Of a DNA stretch of 64,000 nt, positions 23,501 through 32,800 are shown one piece after another. Every line of letters starts with the position of its first letter. Positions within the stretch are counted from its first letter, which is position 1. The stretch covers positions 6,649-70,648 of the IMG/VR virus record IMGVR_UViG_3300008735_000004; one strand, given 5' to 3'. Both the position numbers and the translations under genes were made by a program. A model generated the notes under the pieces. That model worked only from the letters and a program-made list of their open reading frames with translations, was not told the DNA's origin and ran no database searches. The stretch comes from a virus.

Positions 23501-24850
23501 TTTATCTTTAGCTAGTATATTCTTAACAAAGTCTGGCTTCTCCATGCCCATTGGTTTTCCGCCACCAACCACCTTGGCCATTTTATCATAAACTTTACCT
23601 AATGTTTTGTTTTCAGCATAATCAGACCCCTTAGCTCTGCGTAAGCCTAAGAGACGCGCCATGTAAGGAAGTTTTCTATTTTCATTAAAGAAAGATTTCT
23701 TTAAGTGAGTTTGTACTTCATCTATAGCACTTTTACTTGCTCCAACAACTCGTGCATATTCGGATGAGTTATGGAAAACTCCAATATTTGCAAAATCTAG
23801 AAAATCATCAAAATCATTTTCTAAGGCTTCTACAGTACTTTTACCAGCTCTACTTTTTCTTCGGGTATATGCATCTAATCGTTGTTTAAATCGTACATCA
23901 AATTTATTAGTAAATTCATCTGCAAAACTTTTTCTTACATTTCTAAAAGATTTACCACTACGTTCCATTTTAGACATAGTCTTTTGAGTGGCTAATAACA
24001 TTTTGGGTCTTGAAAGAACGGCATGTACAAACGCATCTTTAGTTGCTCCAACTCCCGCCGCATAGTCTCGTACTTTATGTATCCCTACTTGTTTTTCTAG
24101 ATAGCTGCCTTTTCGTAAATAATCAGCAGTACGGACAACTCCTTCTTGAACTACAGATGGAACATTTTTGGCAACTCGATCAGCGAGGTAGCCCATCCCT
24201 GCCCCAACTGCTTTAAACACTCCCCTACCTACTGCATCTCCTGCTAAATAAAGAGGAGCATACTTGGCCATGCCTATGGCATGCGCAGGTAAATTATACC
24301 AGGCTGGACGTTCCTTATGTTCTGGACCAGGAGTTACATGTCCAATACCCTGTTCCATCATATAAAAAGTAGGCATAAGGAATGCGGTTTCTCTCGCATA
24401 ACGAGCTCCCCACATTGTTTTCATATCTGTTTTAGAGAACTTATCTAATTTTTTATATTCTTGATACTTTTCATAACGAGATAATCCTCTATCTGCCCAA
24501 TCCTTTTGTTTTTGAAGAGCTATTGCATTATTAGAACCCTCGTCTAATCCTCTAGATAACTTACCTACTACGGAATCTTTTTTGGTAATTTTGGAAAGAA
24601 AAGCGGTTAGTGAGTTGCCACGCTTTTGTGCATGCTTTGCTGCAGCACTGATAGAAAACTTGGCACCAGCTCCCTTAGGGAGTTTAGCGAGATGCTGAAA
24701 AGCTTTTGATTTTCCAGCTGAAAATCCCATCATAGCTAAAGCCTGTCCGCCTACAAATAACCCCATAGTTAGGGCCATTTGTCCAATAGACTTACTTATA
24801 GCGCTTTCGGTACGTTCAGGAGGTCTTATATGATCATCATAATCTGGCAT
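17495..24850 (-). CDS. Giant tape-measure/ejection-like protein with intein and PD-(D/E)XK (Cas4/RecB-like) nuclease domain (2451 aa)
   Basis: Follows the tail chaperones. Has Gly/Ala-rich hydrophobic segments, an intein (CLHP...VHN/S) and nuclease motifs GSAIH, YVDVM, LEIKS, QLNSYM, FLYVSR. Confidence 0.7.
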   Translation of the reverse strand: MPDYDDHIRPPERTESAISKSIGQMALTMGLFVGGQALAMMGFSAGKSKAFQHLAKLPKGAGAKFSISAAAKHAQKRGNSLTAFLSKITKKDSVVGKLSRGLDEGSNNAIALQKQKDWADRGLSRYEKYQEYKKLDKFSKTDMKTMWGARYARETAFLMPTFYMMEQGIGHVTPGPEHKERPAWYNLPAHAIGMAKYAPLYLAGDAVGRGVFKAVGAGMGYLADRVAKNVPSVVQEGVVRTADYLRKGSYLEKQVGIHKVRDYAAGVGATKDAFVHAVLSRPKMLLATQKTMSKMERSGKSFRNVRKSFADEFTNKFDVRFKQRLDAYTRRKSRAGKSTVEALENDFDDFLDFANIGVFHNSSEYARVVGASKSAIDEVQTHLKKSFFNENRKLPYMARLLGLRRAKGSDYAENKTLGKVYDKMAKVVGGGKPMGMEKPDFVKNILAKDKFFHEASGKIVDIAPMGPKYWTDKMLHSKLMVLGNKASIADLFPFKVFSSKEMHRVMTMDEMTALHPSSQVGGDGVPRPFQQGLMDGSVGSVSHKNIHTFKKGTPGLVVRKAGDKSYNLLDFDPDKTGGWNVIGKNLKAGLITDSPKLANVFIKGQIRTADIRKMTGDAGQYSPNPIVGWMQKHLSLFDNKGESPSLFNRARMFLPDSWNKMLSPGDKIPYSHHRAKTTMQQLAKVAGMDIRNLEGMANEEKEQVLHMFSRVRSLGSKMAKESFDDTLVKDEYMSNVIDFLSRQRAINKISGRKAINESDSILDIASQLMLKQDAADIKVFGEDKAVKNIIKSMKVGGRGVEGRGGFGYGEEPLQKVKRFIYEYAVYHSETQSLTGTGDDIFNILTSRLKSEASKAKVSPNEIAKAEFGMFYDKLRYSMRKAVDGPMLDDEAVAAAGSKELQKAFEKLIDPDTHFLDTVRKQLIKKNSVSGPGSVLDEFTGQLGMFDNTWARNTSFSIDDLTATAGAVRNANPFVLYPGDFKSQAGLAFGWAGSTVNKLISFSGLGWDSSRYNTGGDVTKLWGKRLGAFAGATLGYSALDTFVDTSGLFDWTMFDEGLTVGLADQAVKARLAAGWAYDKMGIDNVSRYFEGMMPGFTKVAPGAAMGFAMGGVKGAVIGGLANAYLQPQLEEGPLSFLAAVPGANFFVTDPTMGFDEIQDVYEGQRMLPVRKGRGWTLGITPIAGGRVERYEPGWYPRLKSQYKASPTLYGSKLEQFLAKDVPFVDFSLMDLVDPHYLEYKHMTDRPYPVASTPFAEVPVAGPLLSSTVGQLYNFIHPLGEVGPMQEDRAMRQYMKGTSTNWRGESLGTYGPQYGGFLGAYNEQNNLPGNATNTSAIMSPHSLKPLIGEQVYKGWIEPLGLPGFITSAALWGGDEPFTHIPVAESANAMDSLTRSYWDANIGDLVGTTELLRRAIPRPRTSYEKVNPLRNDMPGWMPETMQTGDPYCLHPETLVETNEGLIRADQVEETMLLRTLNGHYHPVNKLSTRPVDEEIYKITIKGLEDFPLKTTGGHPFYIDGDWKFAKDLAVTDKTSYPLLDIELPAVFEVSEKEQVKLTGLNSYILGLMTRWIIPSNNSLKFRKETPVEIQQEIKTYYAEHVKLFETIKYLQYTGVPPHLRTSDLYILLNYIKAFIVQSETDKDKIVFRFHSKNAAYVIWSSLLQHRIASKIDETALYISGNDAAELAYEMGLLDIKSKTEMQTTFDGAFETIKHAPIAMLEIASIEKEHYKGLVYTIDMGEPGTYSLPGAAVHNSKIAHGELLLPGDAYENFFNPELDFPVGMSRLGYNPYEQAMSMIGLGHMTLDQEEILEEGSAIHAMVQNQLMSTGAASRVEALISDPAENIRSYVDVMYRDLRTQQELPLEIKSIGGKGFANLEQPKWKHRVQLNSYMATMGVSQGKFLYVSREDPTQTKEFAVRFDPDLWSRTKANLHEARHLAQEYLQQGYGYANEAYSYIDRLRVLMNAAPYSKEYRETSQLLEEQVADGYVTPQEEEEFSILQKQHKTILRKYEMYPRRFQVSELLNPDDEYPDDLSLNPFILPADQYNLVERIAGSAWETLTHKRSPIHTKLIGAYSPMEKYEDMMIRGDFASWTTPVESFVKPWGRGLAAASDPLQGALSFGTGGALLGGLPGAVAGTVIGAVYGGAHGLHRAMSDSEYRPGSFQERVEMQEYFDKLEYSRAMQMYRATQDEQYRKQMQKTQHGWLDYMQQSQAKIEAEASAQNSALRRTNNPAFYGVGSDRGFGSPWQGSDERTARLYNTAFYKGYSALPSWDRPFWSALVETTEADEQEKVLRRVDSQMGDMLKMMWGRGEDVNLPTLDSYFSNKRMPSALNPVMDPTVEQEDIQMVTVEDYGMNAHDFGMGWRQQLNRIKSSHFDIQPLNINAEGSTPQLRTDMSGPEIRDAIQKVLTRMGYNGANVSVSSMPSLSTEVEITLNVKRTSAKNIIEDYYGTN
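19598..20518 (-). mobile_element. Intein (307 aa, aa 1445-1751) with degenerate LAGLIDADG region
   Basis: Block A CLHPETLVET, block B LKTTGGHPF, block F/G VYTIDM...AVHN followed by Ser. Central YILGLMTRW and YIKAFIVQS segments resemble LAGLIDADG helices without their acidic residues. Confidence 0.88.
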
Positions 24851-25425
24851 TATTTTTTATTTTTAAGTTGCTTTAAAGCATCGCCTAAAGCAACAGAAGC
24901 TTGGTCATTGGCAGCATCTGGAAGATTTCTTTGGGCTTCGAAAGAACTTGCGTCTCCCGTTAAGAATTGGACACCTGTAATCTTTTCAACAATAGCACCC
25001 ACTTTCAGTAACTGTGGTAGGGATAAATTTAACAAAGTTGTTAAATCTATCGAAGGAAATACTTTACAAATAATAGAAGACAATGCAATATTAAAATTTG
25101 TATTAATATTTACTTCAGCCCATTGTCTGATATCTTCTACTTTTGTTTGTACTTCCTCTGCGGATGGTGTAGATTGTTTCCATATAGCTGCAGATATGCT
25201 AGATATGGAGCCCGGTTTCTTAAAGTTTGGGAGAGGGGTTGGTTCTAGAATAGCTAACAAACATGTTGATAATTCTAAATCATTTGACGTTTTATTTTCA
25301 CGAAGTTCTGTTAATGCTTGAAGTTCCCATGCATTAAGAGCTCTATAGATTATAGAATGTCCTTCAATATTTATTTGATAGACAGAACCATAAGTAGATT
25401 TCCACTGTAATAACTTATTATTCAT
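24850..25425 (-). CDS. Putative tail assembly chaperone (191 aa)
   Basis: Lies between the tube paralogues and the tape-measure-like gene. N-terminus WKSTYGSVY...IIYRALNAWE resembles that of the neighbouring 122-aa protein. Confidence 0.55.
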   Translation of the reverse strand: MNNKLLQWKSTYGSVYQINIEGHSIIYRALNAWELQALTELRENKTSNDLELSTCLLAILEPTPLPNFKKPGSISSISAAIWKQSTPSAEEVQTKVEDIRQWAEVNINTNFNIALSSIICKVFPSIDLTTLLNLSLPQLLKVGAIVEKITGVQFLTGDASSFEAQRNLPDAANDQASVALGDALKQLKNKK

Positions 25426-25430
25426 ATTAT

Positions 25431-25440
25431 AGATATGTCA
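25431..25440 (-). promoter_or_regulatory. TGACATATCT motif (candidate phage promoter)
   Basis: Directly after a terminator and 5 nt before an ATG. The motif recurs in other intergenic regions. Confidence 0.55.
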
Positions 25441-25446
25441 TTAAAC

Positions 25447-25475
25447 AAAAGGGGAAAGCCGAAACTTTCCCCTTT
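25447..25475 (-). terminator. Intrinsic terminator
   Basis: Minus strand GGGGAAAG-TTTCGG-CTTTCCCC followed by TTTTGTTT. Confidence 0.85.
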
Positions 25476-25504
25476 ATAATCGAGAATTTATAGATAATTA
25501 TTTA

Positions 25505-25873
25505 TTATAATTCAATACTTTCTCGATCTTGAACGAATCCAGAAAAACGGGAAACTTCTTGAGCAAGGACAGTAGCAGAACCACCAGGTTCTTTGTCCCA
25601 ATCAATAGAAGCAGGCCAGACGGTATATCGTTTTGATATTTCTGAATCTACATCAAAATCATCATCTCCAGCAGCCATACGTTCGCTGATTTCATCTTGA
25701 AAAGAAACATATTCTTCCCTAGTCATCATACGAATTAGGTATGTTTTACCACCGGTAAAGCATGCTTTCACACTTCCGTAATTTTCTTTTAATTCATCAA
25801 TCTCTGATTGACCTGGACCATCAGATCCAAGTGGATAAGTATCAGGAATGATGTCTTTTGCTTTTTCAGTCAT
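25505..25873 (-). CDS. Putative tail assembly chaperone (122 aa)
   Basis: Small acidic protein downstream of the tube genes (LKENYGSV...YLIRMMTREEY), with an AAGGAG ribosome-binding site. Confidence 0.55.
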   Translation of the reverse strand: MTEKAKDIIPDTYPLGSDGPGQSEIDELKENYGSVKACFTGGKTYLIRMMTREEYVSFQDEISERMAAGDDDFDVDSEISKRYTVWPASIDWDKEPGGSATVLAQEVSRFSGFVQDRESIEL

Positions 25874-25937
25874 TGAGATATCTCCTTAATTTAATAGTAT
25901 AATTTACTAATAAAATAATATATGATGCAAGTACTTT

Positions 25938-26405
25938 TTACACTATTGGTGTAAATTCTCTTGCAACGAAATGTAGTACTTCCACTACATTCTCAGCTGA
26001 TGGATGTATAGTATGATTTCTTGAAATAATATTTACACCATCTATTGTGTATCCTTTCTGATGCTCTTCAAAATCATAGAAAGAACCAGGATCATTGTCC
26101 TTTTCGAAGCCTTCATTTTTCATGTTAATTAGTAATGAAAGTTCTTCATTCATGAAATCAGGCAAGGTTTTATCGTTTGTTAAATTTAATACCAGTGTTC
26201 CTTGTACTAAGCCTGTGCCTCGCATTACAGTGCTATACTCATGCTCATGTGTCTTATTTCCCTTTATATCAGCACGTGTGGCCGCGTGGCTATAGATAGG
26301 GGATGCTGTTTGATTTATACTAAATTGTATGTCCACTGCATCTAATTGTTTTACGGGGGTTGGATAGTATACATAAATATCTACGTCTATTCCTGAGAAA
26401 TACAT
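25938..26405 (-). CDS. Tail tube-like paralogue (155 aa)
   Basis: YFSGIDV, SPIYS and LVQGTLVLN match the tube pattern FSGSD...RPIF...VAGSVV. Ends HFVARE, versus TYVARH in the tube. Confidence 0.6.
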   Translation of the reverse strand: MYFSGIDVDIYVYYPTPVKQLDAVDIQFSINQTASPIYSHAATRADIKGNKTHEHEYSTVMRGTGLVQGTLVLNLTNDKTLPDFMNEELSLLINMKNEGFEKDNDPGSFYDFEEHQKGYTIDGVNIISRNHTIHPSAENVVEVLHFVAREFTPIV

Positions 26406-26893
26406 TAAATAACCCTCTTTGCTACAAAGTTATAAAATTCAGAGGCGGGTGTTGCGTCGCTTGAAAAACCAGTTTGCATACCGGTAACAGTTACATCTTT
26501 TATTGTACGTTGTAAGGAAGCCTCTACTAGTTCGTATTTCTTATTTTCTTTATTAAATTCCATTTTTCCATATTTAATTATAATATCAAAAGTATTTTGA
26601 GCAATCAACGGATCAGCACTTAGTAGGGGTGTATATGTTGTATCATCTTGTCCAGCCCTTATCAATGCATCTAAAGAAAATTCATCAGCTGTGCTAATAC
26701 TGAATTGACCTTGTATTAATTTTTCTCCTAAAAGAAATTCATCAGCTAACACAGACTTATAACCGTAAATTGGCATTTTCTGAAAAGATTCAGAATATTC
26801 TAATGTTATACTATCTGGAAGTACAGTTTTTACGGCTAATGTTTTAATAGATATTTCCGCATTATGGCCATTAAAATAAGTAACAGGTTCCAT
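26405..26893 (-). CDS. Tail tube-like paralogue (162 aa)
   Basis: YFNGHN, KMPIYGY, LIQGQFSI, FDIIIKYG, YNFVAK. Confidence 0.6.
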   Translation of the reverse strand: MEPVTYFNGHNAEISIKTLAVKTVLPDSITLEYSESFQKMPIYGYKSVLADEFLLGEKLIQGQFSISTADEFSLDALIRAGQDDTTYTPLLSADPLIAQNTFDIIIKYGKMEFNKENKKYELVEASLQRTIKDVTVTGMQTGFSSDATPASEFYNFVAKRVI

Positions 26894-29800
26894 TATCTAT
26901 ACCAACTAAATCCAGCTTTTTCACAAGTTAATTGAGTAGTATACTCTTTTTTAAAGTCAAAACGTTCGAGAGTTCCTAAGTCATTTCTTATTTCCTCTCC
27001 ACAGAAACTACCATTAAAAAATTTCTTTTGATATTCTTTTTGCATTTCCATAATTGCTTCATTTAAAGTACCGTATCTTTCAGGATTTACAAATATTTTT
27101 GGATAATCATCTTTAGCTTTTCCAGTTTCTGAGCCTATTAACCAGAAACCCCATTGAATTAATTTTTGCGAATCTGATAGTTCTTGTAATTTTATGCCTG
27201 TTATTTTACCAGTCTTAATACTTGATTTATCGGTTATACGTGTGTCGGTTGTCCCTGGAGGAGTATTATCGCTATCCTCAGTTTCATACTCTATAGAGCC
27301 TCCTAAAGCGTTTGCTATTTCTTTATCTACGTCTACGGGATAAGTAAATACAGATTCTTCCCATTCATTACCCGCGGAAGTCCATGTATACGCTGTCCAA
27401 ACATGCGGAGCAGCACAGTCACTTACATCTACATTCCCCGTCAAAATATTTCCTTGATCGTCTGCACAAATACCTCTGGAAAGACACATCGTCCTGTCAT
27501 TATTGTAGACAGTAGCGGAACAAGTACCAGCACCTTCACAATCTTCCGGGTTAATCCATTGAGCATCACTACAGAGTCCAGGATGATCTTGACATTCAGA
27601 CCGAGTTAGATGACTTAAATCTACTTGGGTATTCGTACAATTACCAGCTTCCCATGCTTCCCCTGTATTAATACGCAATGTACCGTCATTAACATTAACT
27701 GCTAGTTCCCAATCTTTTTTATATTTTTCATCTAGATCCGAGTCCCATTCAACAGCATCTGAGTTTAATCTAGCAGTCATAACGTAGCCTGCTTTTGTAT
27801 AAGCAATTTCAGGATTATAATATTCAATAAATTTGTATCCAACTTCCAAGCTATAATTATTATTATTATTATCTGACATATAAATAGCAGGATCTAGTTC
27901 AACGGGCGTATCTTCTGTACCTTCTGGATGAAGACCTGCATGATAAAATAATCTACGCAATGGATCAGCTTTTGTTATTTTTTCATTACCTATATTATAA
28001 TCTACAATGTCTGTAGCCTTACAGTAGCCCCCTTCCCAGGCTTTGTCCATTGCTAATCCCCAATCTTTGTTTGTGAGAGAGTACTCTGTAGTATCACCGG
28101 GGGTTACAAAGTTTACACTTTCTATTTTATCTAAATTATATTTAGTTTTCTCTTTTGTTACCATTATTGGAACTTCAGTTTCTAATGCAAAATCTCCTTT
28201 TATAGGCATTTCGGGCCATATCTCTCCACTATCATGAAGATAAGTTATAGATATAGGCAAAGGATTAGCCATATACTTAAAGGTATATGCTAAGTTTATT
28301 GTATCAGAAACTAGCGGTATATGTTGAATTCCGAAAGTAAAAGTATCCGGTGGATTATTTACATCACTATAATCTGTTATATCAAACATAGTTAAATCTG
28401 CTATATCAGAACCTTGAATATCATCCCATTCTTGTCTATCGGGTTTACTCGTTATTTCTATCTCTCTAATAGAAGTTCCTGACCATGTATCAGAAGACCA
28501 ATCAACAAAGTCATCATATTCTGTTTCTGGAATAATTACTGCATAATCTACTCCTAACAGCTCAGAATAATTTGGTATTTGAGCAGTTCCTTCTAGCATA
28601 TTAATTCCCATTCCTTCTTCATCTGAGGTATCCCATACTTCTGAAGCAGGAAACGAGGGAAGATCATATGTAAACGATATAGAACGAATAACGTCGTCTT
28701 TAAAATGAGCATTTGCCGTTGCTTTTACATGTCCCCTGGGGGCAGAGTCAATTCCCCAGATACCATTCCATATAGATTCTAGCCAACTTGTTGCATCTTC
28801 TTTTACTAAAAGTGGTATATTATTTATGGTTGCTTTCCAATTTCCAGCATTATCCTGCGCGGGGGTTGTTACGGTAATTGGATTTACACCATCAGCCCCT
28901 GTTTCCTGTAATAACTCGATTAGACCTTTTGAGTTCTCACAGCGTAATTGTAAATAATCTCTCCAATTATTTACAGCTCCAGCTCCCTTAATACTGTCCC
29001 AATCCCAATCATGGTAAGTACCATCATTGTGTAAAAATAGTGGTTTATATGCGCCAAAATCTAATTCAATGCTGGTTTGAGTTTCATCGGTTGGGTCAAA
29101 ATTAAAAGCTTCATAATTTACTTTAATAGAAATTGGAGAAAAAGTACCATTAGTATCCTTCCATTTATATGTGTAATCTGCTGTGATTTCATAAGCAGCA
29201 TCATTTTCTTTAATTGGAATATTTTTTATTTTGAATTTCCACTCAGAGCCATCAGCTGCTGATAAATCTTCTATATTATTTGTATCCCACTGTATCCCAT
29301 CTAATTTAATAATAGGTTCTGTTGTTAATTCATAATGAGTTAATCCATCCGGGTTAAGTACAGAAGGAGTTAAAGTAATTTCTTTTTCAAATGTATTGGT
29401 AGGTTGAGGAGGTGTTTCGTTGTTTAAATATTGTTTATAGGTTACTTCCATTTGCCCGAAGTCTGCATAAGAATGATTAAAGTCTAAACTAACTTGAATA
29501 GGATCTACAGGAAGATGAATTAATTTTTCATGAATATCAGCTATATCAACGGTAATACCAGTAGCACTTACAGTAATATCTCTATCAGTTGCTTCAGCCG
29601 GATAAGTCCACCACATATTTCCTGCAGAAGTCCATACATTCGGTTTCCATTGATATTGAGTAAATGTGGCAGGTTTCCATGTATATTGTTTCCATGTATT
29701 AGCTTTCCATTCATTTTGATTCCATACTGCGGGTTGCCAGGTGTGGGATTCCCATATTAAATCACTAGCTGTCCATGCAGTTGTATCTGGTACCCATGTA

Positions 29801-32800
29801 AAATATGTCCAATCTCCTCCATAATTGGTACAAGTAGTTTCATCAGGTGCACCTATTGTATCACCAGTAACAGGATCTACACAAGCACCTGCTGCTTCAC
29901 AATCTGTACGATTTGTATAGGAAGGTCCTCCACTACATGCCCCAACATTATCTAAACAACCCGTTTGATTATTATTATATAGAGAATCAACACAATACCC
30001 ACCTATTACTGCTTCACAAGAACCTTGATCAGTATACTGAGGGTATATATCTCCATTACTGTTAACACAAGTTCCCTCAGTCACACAAGCGTTCTCTGTA
30101 GTGAAAGTTGCTGATAAATCTTCGCCTTCATAGTTAAAACAACTACCTATTATATTACAGGCAGCTTCTGTCATCTGGCCATGTTGAATTTCTCCATTCA
30201 GAGACACACAATTACCCTCAGCTATGCAATTACCTTCTGTGGTTAAAGTTTCTACTTCTGCTCCTACGCTATCTAAACAAATACCAGCTACTGTACATAG
30301 ATTTTCTGCAGTACCTCCTGATAACTTTTCGCCTGTATAATCAAAACAATCTCCTTCAGCGATACAACTAGTTTCATCAGATAACCCAAGTACTACCTCA
30401 GTTTCTTGATCTAAACAAGCACCTATAGCATCACAAACTGTTTTAGTGGTATTATAAGTGAATGTGTTGCCATCCGGATGTGCACAATTACCGCGCTCTT
30501 CACAAGTAGTTTGAGTAGTGTGCGGTCCGTAGTCTCCTGAGTCACACCATCCCGAGTCTTCACTTAAAGTGGTACATCCGCTTTTATCGTTTTCATAGGT
30601 TGTAGTGGCGTAGTCCTGAATACTTGAATGTTCTGATGCATTAGAACAAGTTCCCTCGGCCACACAATCTGCATAATTATCCCAATCTGGATTAGTGCAA
30701 GCCGTGAAAGATGGGAAATTTAGAGTAACTTTATTATTACCGCCCCAACCATCTATAAAATAGTTATAATGATCTCCTACGTCTACTCCTTCTTCTGATT
30801 TAATTGGAAAAGTATAAGTTCCCGTCAAAATAGAACTTGTCCACTCTAATTGAGTAATATCAAATTCATAGGGATCAGTACTTTCTATAGGATCGTATAT
30901 CCCCAGGATAGTTACACCATTTTCTCCAGGAGTAAATTCGATTGTCCCTGCCGCAGGAGTATATTCTTTGTTTAGAATACTATTAGCTTGTGAGGCAATA
31001 TCATTGGAGAAATAATTCATAGCTGTATTTTCATCAAATTCTGCCTTAACAACTTCTGTAATAGATTCTATATACTGAACAGTATCTGGAAAAAATAATG
31101 TGGTGCCATAAGGACCTACCATTCCATCCATTGAGGTATGTTGTTCTTGTGGGATAAATCCACTTTTTACATTACTTTCGGAATATGTTTCTGAAAGAGT
31201 ATCTAGAAATCCTTCTACAGCAAATGTTGTATTATAATTACTAAAATCTTGAGTATGATTTGAAATTATTAAATTTGCATAAATACCTGTTACCGCCCCG
31301 GATGGATCTGTAATAGTGCATTGCTCTTCTGAAATAGATAATTTTTGATTTGGAGTAGTAATCTCAAAAGCTTCTGTTGCTACATCTGCTGTAATATTTT
31401 CCGAAGATGCACTTTGAGTTAGGTCTCTTTCTCCCTCTGCTGTTATATCTTGTATTGCAGGAGAAGGAACTAATACACCTACAACGCTAGCATTAGCACC
31501 ATAAGTTTCTAATTTGCCTAGGGGATCATATGTAATAATTTTATCTGTCAGATCAATGGGTGTCCCTGCGTCTATTAATTCTACTTTTATACTTTTTCTA
31601 ACTTCTTCTAATGCACTACTATGCCAGTATTTTGCAGACATTAAAGGACCGCTTGTAAGGTCATCTTTAATAATACCTGGAAGACTAAATCTCATACTTT
31701 TTTGATCTAAGTTTCCTACGGCATCATTTGATAATTCATTCCAAGTATGACCCGCCTCTATGCATTCAGCTTCAGAAGTAAGGGAAATATCACTGCAAGA
31801 TGCCTCAGCAGTACTTGATTGATACACTTTTTCTTGTGTAGCTACTTTTAATTCTAAGTTACTTGAGTATTCTTTTATTAAATCTTCTGATTTTACGTAA
31901 GCATCATCGGTACCCCCAAGTGTTACTCTAATCAAAGTATTATCATCTGGGTTTTCATCGGCAAATACATAATCATCAGCTGGATCTATGCTGTTAACTT
32001 TTTCAACTAGAAGATCGCCTAAAGAACAGTATGCCTTTATGTAATCTGCCCCAGGTGATCCTAAAATATTCCAGTCCTCTCTAATAGGAAACTCATTAGT
32101 ATTAAAGTAGTATTTACCTTCTCCTTTATTTAATTTATACTTAGTATTTGTATATGTTACATGGGGCGCAGCTTCTGCTGCTTCTGTAATCCAAGTATAT
32201 TTTGGCCCTTTAATATTAAAAAATTCATGAACACCAAACTTATTGCCCCAGCCAGGTATAGGATGTTTCTCCGTAGTTAAATAAGCTTTATCCATAATTA
32301 GAAAACGAGCATCTACTCCATCTATTTGAGCATTGTTTTCTTGTCCTGTAGCATTTACAAAATCAAAGGTACTAAGAGGGTTGAGAGAGGTCTCTGTAAG
32401 GGTCGTGCGGGAATCACTATTAGGGCCCGTAGTGTAAATTCCAGAAGGATCTATGGAGGATATATAAGTCGGTGTAGCATTCACGCCATTTTTAATAGAA
32501 ATACTTGGAGTTCTGTTAGGGTCATCAAAATAGGGAGGTACCTTTTCAGGTCTAACGTAAACTCTAAAAGCTTTCCAATTATCATCTGTTGAGTCCATAT
32601 AAACTGAAGATCCATCAGGATTACCCACGAAGTTAGAAATTTCATCTTCTAAGAGTTCTTTAGTTTCAGCCCATGTTCCGGGGGAGGCTCCACTTCCAGC
32701 CTCATCTGCTTCACACTTAGCTCTAGTATTATTAGCAGGATCATCAGTAGAGCCGCTACAAGTTCCTGGTATTCTATTAATAGACACATCAAAAGAGCCG

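Noticed and set aside
25426-25505. Programmed frameshift joining the two tail chaperone genes (lambda G/GT type)
   Set aside because: The genes are separated by a strong terminator and a promoter-like motif, so they appear independently expressed.
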